Source of the DNA: an uncultured Candidatus Bathyarchaeia archaeon
Lineage (GTDB): Archaea; Thermoproteota; Bathyarchaeia; Bathyarchaeales; Bathyarchaeaceae
Length of the DNA stretch: 64,000 nucleotides
NCBI GenBank assembly: GCA_964655075.1
Contig: CAZZLD010000002.1
Span: 166,795 to 230,794, forward strand
Reading direction: 5' to 3'
In this document: positions 10,301 through 18,633 of the stretch, piece after piece
How the letters are laid out: each line of letters starts with the position of its first letter
How positions within the stretch are numbered: the first letter of the stretch is position 1
Position numbers and translations under genes: made by a program
The notes under the pieces: model-generated
Databases searched by the model: none
Told to the model about the DNA's origin: nothing
What the model saw: the letters and a program-made list of their open reading frames with translations, nothing else

Positions 10301-10314
10301 TTTTTTATTTTTTT
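10301..10314 (+). terminator. oligo-T tract (archaeal intrinsic terminator candidate)
   Basis: ttttttattttttt lies about 30 nt after the stop codon of 8893..10272. Confidence 0.4.
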
Positions 10315-10409
10315 GTTGATAAGTATGTCCGCGTGTACGACTTTCTAAACGAGGAAGAGAATTAGAAGTTTATAAAATCTCAGCCTAATTATAACTGGAA
10401 ACTCGTGGG

Positions 10410-10814
10410 ATGTTTATGAAAGTTCTGTTCGTGTGTTCAGGAAATGCCTTTCGGAGTCCAGTTGCAGAGGCCCTACTGAAGAAGTTCAGACCAGAAATTG
10501 AAGTGGACTCCGCTGGAACACATCCTGCAATTCCAGTCTCGGAGACTGCTAGGAAATACCTCGCGAAGGAAAATGCGGAGCAGTACCTTAAGAAAGTTTC
10601 CGAAGGCTTAGACAGCAAGCAACTTGACGAATACGACCTTATCGTAGCTATGAAGCCAGAACACAAAGAGGTGGTCTTAAGCAGGTGCCCCCAGTGCGCA
10701 GGCAAAATAGTCGTGTGGAACATTGACGATCCTTACTTCTTGCCGCATGGATTCACCGAGAAGATATTCAAGCAGATTAAAGACAAGGTTGCAGAACTGG
10801 CTAACTCATTGTGA
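10410..10814 (+). CDS. low-molecular-weight protein tyrosine phosphatase / ArsC-family phosphatase
   Basis: P-loop VLFVCSGNAFRSPVAEAL (CX5R-S) and the downstream acid motif NIDDPYF. Confidence 0.85.
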   Translation: MFMKVLFVCSGNAFRSPVAEALLKKFRPEIEVDSAGTHPAIPVSETARKYLAKENAEQYLKKVSEGLDSKQLDEYDLIVAMKPEHKEVVLSRCPQCAGKIVVWNIDDPYFLPHGFTEKIFKQIKDKVAELANSL

Positions 10815-10834
10815 GATAGGCGCGCGCAAGCTCC

Positions 10835-10990
10835 TTACTTGCTCTTTTGTTCCTGAGCTTCTTGTTCTCGAAGCCAAGTTTTGATCCTTTCGCGTAGTTC
10901 AGGGTAGTCTGTGAGCACGCCTTTAATTATTTGAAATCTCTCTTCGTCAAATTCAGGCAACCAAGCAGACCTCGTCAACAAATTCCTCAC
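10835..10990 (-). CDS. candidate small ORF (51 aa, GTG start), unknown function
   Basis: Manual translation gives (M)RNLLTRSAWLPEFDEERFQIIKGVLTDYPELRERIKTWLREQEAQEQKSK. It is below the track cutoff, looks helical, and has no homology that I recognise. Confidence 0.2.
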   Translation of the reverse strand: MRNLLTRSAWLPEFDEERFQIIKGVLTDYPELRERIKTWLREQEAQEQKSK

Positions 10991-11175
10991 TTACTCTGAA
11001 AATTGATTAAATAAGATTTATGGCACTGAAAACCAGAAAACTGCACACGTAATGGCTAATTTGGTGAGACTGTATCTAGGAGGCTCTTGGTAGCCCAGGA
11101 TACGTGACTTATCTCGTTTAAATTTCTCATCTCGAACCAACGGAGATGACGGATCTGACAGAGGAAAATACTGCC

Positions 11176-11745
11176 TTAGATTATAGGGGGTGCAGAGGGA
11201 ACTAACTTGCTCATTTTTATGTATATTCCATCTTTAATTGGAAAAGTGATTCTCAATTCCTCTGCATTCTTTATTATCATGTCATAGCATTCATCACAGT
11301 CGGAGACAGGTATACCAAAATCTCTGTTCAAGGTATTCTTTAGATACTCTCGTTTAGGTAGTCTGTGGCCGTCAAATCTGGAGAAGAATTTTTTGTAAAG
11401 GTCAATATTGAAAAGGGCTTGTTTTAAACTCTCACCCTTTTCTTGTTCTGATTTAGGGGATACAATTGATTTCCCTAACTCGCTCAGAGATATCTTGTCC
11501 GCCTTGTAACTGCCTTTTGTTAATCCAAAACGGTTTGAGGAACTAATCAAGGTTCTAAACATACTACTTTCAGGAGAATAACTCAAAGATTTCGCTAAAT
11601 CTAACCTATTATATGGTTGGTCTGCATTATTATCGTGAATGGATTGGGCAATCCGTAAAGCGTCTATAAGAGTGTTCTTAGGAAAAGCATATGTAGCATA
11701 TTTTCTCTTTTTCTCCTTTTTGGATTCTACGCTCATTCTAATCAA
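11176..11745 (-). CDS. hypothetical protein, possible winged-helix-like N-terminal half
   Basis: 189-aa ORF in a very AT-rich patch. Preceded by the conserved GATATC/TTAAAAGCTTAACG element at 11818..11873. Confidence 0.6.
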   Translation of the reverse strand: MIRMSVESKKEKKRKYATYAFPKNTLIDALRIAQSIHDNNADQPYNRLDLAKSLSYSPESSMFRTLISSSNRFGLTKGSYKADKISLSELGKSIVSPKSEQEKGESLKQALFNIDLYKKFFSRFDGHRLPKREYLKNTLNRDFGIPVSDCDECYDMIIKNAEELRITFPIKDGIYIKMSKLVPSAPPII

Positions 11746-11817
11746 TTTTACATAATGCTTTCAAAAAGAAAAACCTTTCTCTCCACTTTTTTGCATGCAC
11801 ACACAAGTTTCTTAGAG

Positions 11818-11873
11818 AAAAAGAGGGTGTTTTGCGGAGGATATCACCTTTCCAAGCGGTTAAAAGCTTAACG
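11818..11873 (-). promoter_or_regulatory. conserved leader/promoter element, copy A (GATATC box 11840..11845; 14-mer TTAAAAGCTTAACG 11860..11873)
   Basis: Plus strand reads aaaagagggtgttttgcggaggatatcacc...ttaaaagcttaacg. It aligns with copies at 14565..14617 and 58334..58361, and the 14-mer also occurs at 16323..16336. On the gene-sense strand the 14-mer reads CGTTAAGCTTTTAA, which is BRE/TATA-like. Confidence 0.5.
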
Positions 11874-12401
11874 TTTGTTGGAGGCTAGGAACAAAGGATT
11901 AGATATTTATTGTGTATGGGATGAAAGTCCAGAAAAAGTCCAAAGAGAAAAACCCTTCTCTACGTGTAAAATTGTTAAGGTTACATGATATGAATTCAAG
12001 CTTAAGAGACGATATGCAGCGAAGGAATTCGCGGCTCGTGAACGATTTGTGAACACTTTGCCTACAACAACGGCGTCATTTTTTTCCAAAAGTCTTCAAA
12101 AGTTTACGGCACAGCGTAAGTCATGAATCACGTTCGTAAACACGGTGTAAACATCATTTTCCTTGACGATGACAGAAACACTGTTCTCTGCCATTAATAA
12201 TCAAAGCTAGAATCACAGCTCGCTGACCCTTAAAATTGCTGACCGCATAAATTCTTCAAAACCGAGACAGGCGAAAAAGAAGATATGACAAGGACTGATT
12301 ATTATGTGGGAGCTGATCGTTTAGTGGTTTCTGCGGCTTCATCCTTTCCGATATTTGTTCATCGCAGTGTAACGCTTCTAGCTTTTACATGAAAAATCAT
12401 T

Positions 12402-14543
12402 TTATTGCCTGAAAACAACGAAGACTCCTTCGTACTTTCCCAGTTTCAGATTTAATGCAGTCTTGTCTCCGATAGCGCGGTAAGCTATTTCTCTGATTTC
12501 GCCTGTCATAGGATTCCAGACTTCCGGTTTTCCGGATGCTGAGAAGGTAAAGACATTTTTAGTTGGAGTAAACGATATGTTAGTGACGAAATATATGTCT
12601 ATTCCTTCATTGAAATGCTTGTGAACATACAGAATTCGCGGATCATGTTCGACCAATCCCAAGTCCGCATTGCCTAAACAACGCATGAAATATTTTGCTT
12701 CGTGGAGGCGATAAGTCCTTCCACCCCCCCTAAATCTCTTTTCAAGGTAATCTCTCTTGTTGTCAATATCTTTTTCGAATAAGTCGTTAACCGTTTCTAG
12801 TGTAAATTCGTCATTTCCGTCTGCAGAATGTCTCGGTGGCGGATCTATTCCGATTACCGTTCCTCCATTCTGAGCAAATTCCGCTATTTTTTTTAGGGTT
12901 CGATCTTTTATGGTGTCTATCGGCGGAACAACCAGTTTTCTATATCTTTCATCTGCAATATGAAGCGCGTCGTTCTTGATTTGAGCTCGATTCAGGCTAT
13001 CGTCATCTATGAAATCAAAGTCCCTTTGATGCGTTAGAAGCATTATAGCTGTACCCAAATAGCCCTTGGAAATCATTGAACAAGTATCTAAACTATCCCC
13101 TTCTCCGCGGACATAGTTCGCCCAGACGCCAGTGACAGGGTATAAGACAGCTATATCTGCAACATGAGTCCCCTGGCTTAATAGGCTCGATAATCGCCCG
13201 ACATAGGTGTTATATTCCTTCCATTTCTCTCTCGGTAACTGTTTTAGGGCATAGAATGCGACGATAGTGTTAATCCCTAAAGCCTCAAGCCAGTTAACTG
13301 TTCCCAGCATCTCTTCAAAATCTATGCTTACGTCCCGCAAGCCTTCCCAGAAATTGGAAGTTTCGCACATCGTCTTTCTTTTTCCGTAAAGATGTGCTGC
13401 CGAGCTACAGACCTTGGCCGCAACCATAGTTGGATATTTATGTTGAATAGCGTTCTCAGGTCTAGAAGTTAGGCAGTCAATGCCGGGAATGCCCATCTGC
13501 CTCCAGACCCAGAATGTATTGCCTTCAAAGGCAACGTTCTCCGTGATCAGCTCCTCCCCAAGAGGATGACCCGTCAAGGCCGTCTTATGCTCTATGCACC
13601 AATCGTTGATTTGTTTGTAATATGAGTTCTCCACAAGTTCTGAAACAAGATTGTGGTAGTCGCATCTTATCTTTCTAGTCCTCTCCCCTACATTGTTGTA
13701 GAGAGCCGGCAAAACTTCTACTATGTTGTATCCATATCTCTCCTTGAACAACTTAGGAAACTCTCTATGCCATGGTAGGGCAGTATAAGGCTGATAAGTT
13801 GGAGGATAGGCGGAGCGGAAGTACGCAAGGGAACTTTCATCCGTAAAGAAGGCCTTTATGGTGTTGCCGAAGTGTTCTCCAATTTTTTTGAAGTATTCTT
13901 CGTGAGTAACTTCTATGAATCTGCGAACAGCTTCCCTATCCATAATATTAATATAACGCCTTGCCTCCTTAACAAAAGAGGATGCAGCAAACGTCCCTTC
14001 ATACAGTTCCTTCTCAAAGAAGGCTATGATCTTCCAGGATTCTTCACCCTTGGATTTCCATCTTATATAACGGTTTTCATCGAGGGCTTCCTTCAGGTCT
14101 ACCGCCGTCTCCAGCTGCAACTTACCATTCTCCTTCCTTAAAGCCTTCAGATAGACGATGTGACCTTTGGGTAGAAACATCTCAACCTCATCGTTCGATT
14201 CGGTAGCCATATAGTATAGTCCCCAAGCTTCATATTCCGGATGACCCTCCAGAACTAGACCTCCGGCATCTCCGCTTGGAAATCCCTTTTCATCATAAAT
14301 CCATACTAAAAGCCCTCTATCCATCGATTCACAGACGGTTCTTCTAAGGGCCTCCCACTCCTCTTCCCCCTTCAGATAGTTTTGGCTCGGCACGCTCGTG
14401 ATGATCCCGCCGAAACCAAGATCACGAATATCGCTTAGCCTCGCCGCCCAGCTTGGTACCCCTGAACCCTTACCGAAACCGAAACTGGCTATAGGCCTAA
14501 ATACTGCCTCAGGATTTCTGAAAGATTTTTTTATCTCTTCCAC
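12402..14543 (-). CDS. putative cytoplasmic glycoside hydrolase (TIM-barrel plus beta-sandwich; GH106-like rhamnosidase-type family suspected)
   Basis: 713 aa, GTG start, no signal peptide. N-terminal FRNPEAVFRP...GFGGIITS...LLVWIYDEKGFPSGDAGG resembles the NPP..YRP / YDE..PSG.AGG signature of an uncharacterised bacterial GH family, recalled from memory. Confidence 0.55.
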   Translation of the reverse strand: MEEIKKSFRNPEAVFRPIASFGFGKGSGVPSWAARLSDIRDLGFGGIITSVPSQNYLKGEEEWEALRRTVCESMDRGLLVWIYDEKGFPSGDAGGLVLEGHPEYEAWGLYYMATESNDEVEMFLPKGHIVYLKALRKENGKLQLETAVDLKEALDENRYIRWKSKGEESWKIIAFFEKELYEGTFAASSFVKEARRYINIMDREAVRRFIEVTHEEYFKKIGEHFGNTIKAFFTDESSLAYFRSAYPPTYQPYTALPWHREFPKLFKERYGYNIVEVLPALYNNVGERTRKIRCDYHNLVSELVENSYYKQINDWCIEHKTALTGHPLGEELITENVAFEGNTFWVWRQMGIPGIDCLTSRPENAIQHKYPTMVAAKVCSSAAHLYGKRKTMCETSNFWEGLRDVSIDFEEMLGTVNWLEALGINTIVAFYALKQLPREKWKEYNTYVGRLSSLLSQGTHVADIAVLYPVTGVWANYVRGEGDSLDTCSMISKGYLGTAIMLLTHQRDFDFIDDDSLNRAQIKNDALHIADERYRKLVVPPIDTIKDRTLKKIAEFAQNGGTVIGIDPPPRHSADGNDEFTLETVNDLFEKDIDNKRDYLEKRFRGGGRTYRLHEAKYFMRCLGNADLGLVEHDPRILYVHKHFNEGIDIYFVTNISFTPTKNVFTFSASGKPEVWNPMTGEIREIAYRAIGDKTALNLKLGKYEGVFVVFRQ

Positions 14544-14564
14544 ACTCTCTAATCTCCTCTACAA

Positions 14565-14617
14565 AAAAGGGGAGTTTGCGGGGGATATCTCCACTCTGGG
14601 TCATTAAAAGCTTAACG
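14565..14617 (-). promoter_or_regulatory. conserved leader/promoter element, copy B (GATATC box 14584..14589; 14-mer 14604..14617)
   Basis: Plus strand reads aaaaggggagtttgcgggggatatctcc...ttaaaagcttaacg. It sits 22-75 nt upstream of the GTG start at 14543. The TATA-like box lies about 21 nt upstream of the GATATC box on the sense strand. Confidence 0.55.
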
Positions 14618-14797
14618 CTTTATTCCTTTCGTTTAGCGCATGCATAATTTGTTTTGACTACTTCAATCCCAGGAAGAGGGAGTTTCTGTTATGATTGTGA
14701 CTAGGATTTGGTTCCATAAGTTTTAAGTTTAATCATATCTAACAAGTTAGAGAAGAACATCTCGATGTTTACGCCAAAATTGGAAGGAGAATAGGCG

Positions 14798-16123
14798 ATG
14801 GAAAGGAGAGCCGTTTCAGGAATAATGCTAACACTACTGTTTATAGGCATGTTAACGTTCGCATTTAACGTTCAACCAGTTAAAGCGTATTGGATTTGGA
14901 CTGAAACCATTTATATTAGAGCTGATGGGAGCGTTGAGCCCGATGCAACACCTATTTCGAGCGTTGACAATATTACTTACACGTTAACGGACGACATTCT
15001 CGGATACCTTCCAAACGCTTCAAGTGCAGTTGTTGTTGAGAGAGACAACATAATCTTTGATGGGGCAGGCCACATCCTTGCAGGAACAAGAAGCGAAACA
15101 GGAATAGAACTGTCCGATAGAATAAACGTGACAATCAGGAACACTAAAATCACAACTTTCTCGACTGGCATCCGGCTCGAATCCTCTTCAAACAACACCA
15201 TAAGCGGAAACAACATAACAAACAACGTGCAAGAAGGCATCTGGCTCGAATCCTCTTCAAACAACAGCATAGCTGGAAACAGCATAACAAACAACGTCTA
15301 TGATGGCATCCGGCTCTGGTTGTCTTCTGATAACACTATCTCGGGAAACAACATATGTGATGGCATCACCCTCTCTGTGTCTTCTAACAACACTGTTTCT
15401 GGAAACAACATAACAAACAACATATATTATGGCATCTATCTCTATAAGTCTTCAAACAACAAATTTTACCATAACAACTTCATAAACAACACACAGCAGG
15501 TGCACAGGGATGTGGCTGTCTATGATAACTTTTGGGACGATGGTTATCCTTCTGGTGGCAACTATTGGAGCGACTACACAGGCGTAGATAATTATAGCGG
15601 TCCACACCAGAACCAAACAGGCAGCGACTGCATCGGCGACAGACCCTACATCATCGCCAAACCCTACATCATCGATCAACCCATCCAAGACAACTACCCC
15701 CTCATGAACCCATGGATGGTTCCCAACCATCCCACGGCAAACTTTACCTGCTCACCACTCCATCCGTTCATAAACGAAACAGTGACCTTCGACGCATCGA
15801 CCTCAGTGCTTGGCTGGAACGGCACCCACAACGTGCCCATCGCAAATTATACTTGGGACTTCGGCGACGGAACAACCGCCACAACCAACAACCCAGTCAT
15901 CTACCACGCCTACACGGCGGCGGGTACCTACACCGTGAACCTAATCGTCACTGCACCTGACGCCGTGCCAAAAACTCATAGCATACCAAAAACAATAACG
16001 ATAGCAGTGCCTCCGCCTGGGACCGCGATTCCTTGGACATGGATCGCAGTAGGAGTGGTTGTGGCCGTCATCATCATCGCAGCCGCCTACATGTTGACGC
16101 GTAAAAAACAGCATAACAACTAA
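14798..16123 (+). CDS. secreted NosD-like right-handed beta-helix protein with one PKD domain and a C-terminal TM anchor
   Basis: Signal peptide ...FNVQPVKA. PbH1-type repeats (NNTISGNNITNNVQEGIWLESSSNNSIAGNSITNN) and cap motif YHNNFINNTQQV...NYWSDYTG. PKD signature WDFGDGTTA and anchor WIAVGVVVAVIIIAAAYMLTRKK. Confidence 0.9.
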   Translation: MERRAVSGIMLTLLFIGMLTFAFNVQPVKAYWIWTETIYIRADGSVEPDATPISSVDNITYTLTDDILGYLPNASSAVVVERDNIIFDGAGHILAGTRSETGIELSDRINVTIRNTKITTFSTGIRLESSSNNTISGNNITNNVQEGIWLESSSNNSIAGNSITNNVYDGIRLWLSSDNTISGNNICDGITLSVSSNNTVSGNNITNNIYYGIYLYKSSNNKFYHNNFINNTQQVHRDVAVYDNFWDDGYPSGGNYWSDYTGVDNYSGPHQNQTGSDCIGDRPYIIAKPYIIDQPIQDNYPLMNPWMVPNHPTANFTCSPLHPFINETVTFDASTSVLGWNGTHNVPIANYTWDFGDGTTATTNNPVIYHAYTAAGTYTVNLIVTAPDAVPKTHSIPKTITIAVPPPGTAIPWTWIAVGVVVAVIIIAAAYMLTRKKQHNN

Positions 16124-16141
16124 CACGACAATTCTTCCCTC

Positions 16142-16147
16142 TTTTTT
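16142..16147 (+). terminator. short oligo-T tract after the 14798..16123 CDS
   Basis: cttccctcttttttgagg lies about 20 nt after the stop codon. Weak evidence. Confidence 0.25.
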
Positions 16148-16322
16148 GAGGAAATACATTCATATCTGGATGGTGATTTCCCCGTTTGGCAGGTACTTCA
16201 CCTTTTCCGTGTTAGCCTTGTAGGGTGCTCTGGTTGCTGTTCCGCTCATTTCCGTTATGCAGTTGTTTTTTGTTAGCTAACGCATCATGTTGCGAAACTC
16301 GGTGGGTTCCATGCTGTGCTTG

Positions 16323-16336
16323 TTAAAAGCTTAACG
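16323..16336 (-). promoter_or_regulatory. third exact copy of the 14-mer TTAAAAGCTTAACG (no GATATC half)
   Basis: Exact 14/14 match to 11860..11873 and 14604..14617. It lies in the convergent spacer between 14798..16123 and serS. Confidence 0.35.
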
Positions 16337-16347
16337 CTTGTTTGGGG

Positions 16348-17628
16348 CTAGGGGCCTATCTTTGTTGTTCCGCTCATGTACGGCTGCAAAACCTTTGGAA
16401 CTTTGATGGTTCCGTCCTTTTGCTGGCACTGCTCTATCAATGCTACCATTGTTCTTGAGGTTGCAATAGCAGTATTATTCAATGTGTGAACAAAACCTTT
16501 TGGCGCCTGGCCTTCCTTTTCTCTGTATTTTAAGTTTAACCTTCTCGCCTGATAATCTAAACAATCAGAATTCGAACCAACCTCTCTAAAAATTCCGTCA
16601 GCCATCCATAACTCAGTGTCATATGTTTTTGCTGAAACAACTCCTGTTTCTCCTGAGCATAAAACTACTGTTCTAAAATGCAAGCCTAGATTTTTGTAAA
16701 GTTCTTCTGAATTTTTCTGAAGTTCTTCATGATATTTCCACGAATCTTCAGGCAAACAGAAAATAAATTGCTCGACTTTATTGAATTGATGCATCCTGAA
16801 CAATCCTTTGGTGTATTTGCCATGGGCACCAATCTCTTTTCTAAAGTTTGTTGAGAAACCAACCATCTTCAATGGCAAATCCTCTTTGTTTAGAACTTCA
16901 TCCTTGAACATAGCACCAATCGGGTGCTCGGCTGTGGCAATCAAATACAAGTCCTCATTGTCAATTTTGTACATCATGCTTTCAAAATCAGCTAAATCAA
17001 CCATTCCTTCATAAGGTGCTCTTCTAAGCATGTGAGGAGGATAGACAAGCAAATAACCCTTCTTCATCAAAAATTCTATTGCATAGCTTTGCAAGGCTCT
17101 ATCAAGCAATGCCAAAGGTCCTTTTAAATAAAAGAATCCCCTACCCGCTACTTTCTCTGCCCTTTCATCATCTATCAAGCCTAGACCTTTAAGAATATTC
17201 AAATGATTTTTTGGTTTAAAATCAAATTTAGGAGGTTCGCCATACTTTCTTATCTCAACATTGTTTTCCTCGCCTTTCCCTTCTGGAACAGACTCGTGAA
17301 GAATGTTCGGCAATCTCATCAGAATTTGGTTAATTTTTTCGCGGCAGTTCTTAACCTGCTCTTCCAACTGTTTTATTTTCGCCGAAATGTCTTCAGCCTC
17401 TCTCAGCTTGGCAGACGCGTCCGCGCCCTTCTTCTTCAACTCGGCGATTTCAGCGGTTATCACGTTTCTCCTGCGCCTAAGCTCGTTAACCTGCGCTAGG
17501 CGCTGCCGCCACTCCCCGTCGTAGGCGATGAGGTCGTTGAGCATTCTGAACTTTTCAGTGTCGCCCCTCTTTTTCAGGTCGTTTCTCACGACTTCAGGAT
17601 GCTCCCGAATGAGCTTGATATCCAGCAT
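16348..17628 (-). CDS. serS: seryl-tRNA synthetase
   Basis: N-terminal coiled-coil arm MLDIKLIREHPE... and class II core (FRKEIGAHGKYTKGLFRMHQFNKVEQF, GETG..SAKTYD, LNNTAIATSR). The ORF extends to 17649, but MLDIK at 17628 is the conventional start. Confidence 0.92.
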   Translation of the reverse strand: MLDIKLIREHPEVVRNDLKKRGDTEKFRMLNDLIAYDGEWRQRLAQVNELRRRRNVITAEIAELKKKGADASAKLREAEDISAKIKQLEEQVKNCREKINQILMRLPNILHESVPEGKGEENNVEIRKYGEPPKFDFKPKNHLNILKGLGLIDDERAEKVAGRGFFYLKGPLALLDRALQSYAIEFLMKKGYLLVYPPHMLRRAPYEGMVDLADFESMMYKIDNEDLYLIATAEHPIGAMFKDEVLNKEDLPLKMVGFSTNFRKEIGAHGKYTKGLFRMHQFNKVEQFIFCLPEDSWKYHEELQKNSEELYKNLGLHFRTVVLCSGETGVVSAKTYDTELWMADGIFREVGSNSDCLDYQARRLNLKYREKEGQAPKGFVHTLNNTAIATSRTMVALIEQCQQKDGTIKVPKVLQPYMSGTTKIGP

Positions 17629-17696
17629 TTTTGCTTCTCCACCAGCCAACCGTCGCCTATGTTCTAAGCGTAAAGGATAACTTCTTTTTTAAGTAT

Positions 17697-18311
17697 TTAA
17701 CTTCGCTTTTTCAAGAATTTTTCCGCTTTTACCTTTGTCGCGTTTCGAGTGTTGTTCAATTGTCTTTTTACAAATGAAATCACGTCGTCTTTGTTCCCGA
17801 TTTGATCAAAATACGCATCAAAAGCTAAGATGGCTTTTCCCAGCAGAATGTTCTTGCATTCTTGGGTGAGAGGCGGTTTTACGGAAATTTTTTCCATCTT
17901 TAGGAGTTCGCGGGTGATTTTTTCGGTTAGACTGGATTTTGCTTTGGCGATCTTTCCCGAATTGTCAACAACGTGGCCGATGGTGATCATGCTGTCGGCT
18001 GAAAGGAAGCCGTAGTATTTTTTGAAGATTATGTCAAACTTGTTTTCTGAGTCAACCGAAGCTAGATTTCCGATAACGTCCATCGCCGTCCATTTGAGGA
18101 TTCTGTTCTCGCTGTCGAGGAGGTTTACGAAAAAATTCATTTCGGAGTACAGCCTTTTTGGGTTTCTTTCACTTATGGCAATCAGCGTTTTTGCAGAGCT
18201 GAATTTTATCGTCGGGTTTTTCGCACATATTCCCTTGAAGAGTTTTGGAAGCAAGTCTGGATTTTCTGTCACCTCTTTTGCCATGTCTCCTTTTTTCTCA
18301 AGTTTTTCCAT
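17697..18311 (-). CDS. HEAT/ARM-repeat-like protein, unknown function
   Basis: 204-aa all-helical repeat pattern (KTLIAISERNPKRLY..., LKWTAMDVIGNLA...). Function not assignable. Confidence 0.6.
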   Translation of the reverse strand: MEKLEKKGDMAKEVTENPDLLPKLFKGICAKNPTIKFSSAKTLIAISERNPKRLYSEMNFFVNLLDSENRILKWTAMDVIGNLASVDSENKFDIIFKKYYGFLSADSMITIGHVVDNSGKIAKAKSSLTEKITRELLKMEKISVKPPLTQECKNILLGKAILAFDAYFDQIGNKDDVISFVKRQLNNTRNATKVKAEKFLKKRS

Positions 18312-18405
18312 GCGAGCCCCTTGTTATCAGTAGAATTCAGATTTCATTTAAGCATTCTGTTTAAAAGGAAGCTCGTCCTGAAATGCTGCGTAAGGTGATG
18401 TTGAG

Positions 18406-18582
18406 TTGAAAGAATACGAATGCGTGGAAGTTAAGCACCACAAGGATGTCGGCAGAACAATCGAGGAATGGCAAGAGAGGGGCTGGCGTCTCCACACCTA
18501 TCAAACGGCTGGCATGGGTGCGGGACCAATGTCCTACATCGTCAACCATTACTTGCTGTTCGAAAAAGAAACCGAAACATAA
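18406..18582 (+). CDS. DUF4177-like small protein (58 aa, TTG start; alternative GTG at 18424)
   Basis: Manual translation gives MKEYECVEVKHHKDVGRTIEEWQERGWRLHTYQTAGMGAGPMSYIVNHYLLFEKETET. It fits the EY..V.V...GW.L......Y.LIFE pattern. It is below the track cutoff and replaces the antisense 83-aa ORF 18361..18612. Confidence 0.5.
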   Translation: MKEYECVEVKHHKDVGRTIEEWQERGWRLHTYQTAGMGAGPMSYIVNHYLLFEKETET

Positions 18583-18633
18583 CCTTCCCTTTTTATACCG
18601 CCTGGCGTCCATGCAATAGGGGAGGAGCGAGGT

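Noticed and set aside
11886-12401. Short minus-strand ORF fragments (32 aa and 60 aa), considered as a small toxin/antitoxin pair
   Set aside because: The fragments lack starts or SDs and run into stops after 30-60 codons. They are more consistent with remnants of a decayed gene, and there is no motif support.
16160-16312. Minus-strand 51-codon frame with an in-frame TAG (MEPTEFRNMMR*LTKNNCITEMSGTATRAPYKANTEKVKYLPNGEITIQI), considered as possible pyrrolysine read-through
   Set aside because: There are no pyl genes or other TAG-containing genes in the window. TAG is used as a normal stop by many clear genes here (for example 2010..2315 and 31724..31873). The ORF is tiny and has no homology I recognise.
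18361-18612. 83-aa minus-strand ORF in the spacer upstream of pcc1
   Set aside because: The opposite strand encodes a much more protein-like 58-aa DUF4177-type ORF (18406..18582). The 83-aa translation has no features.
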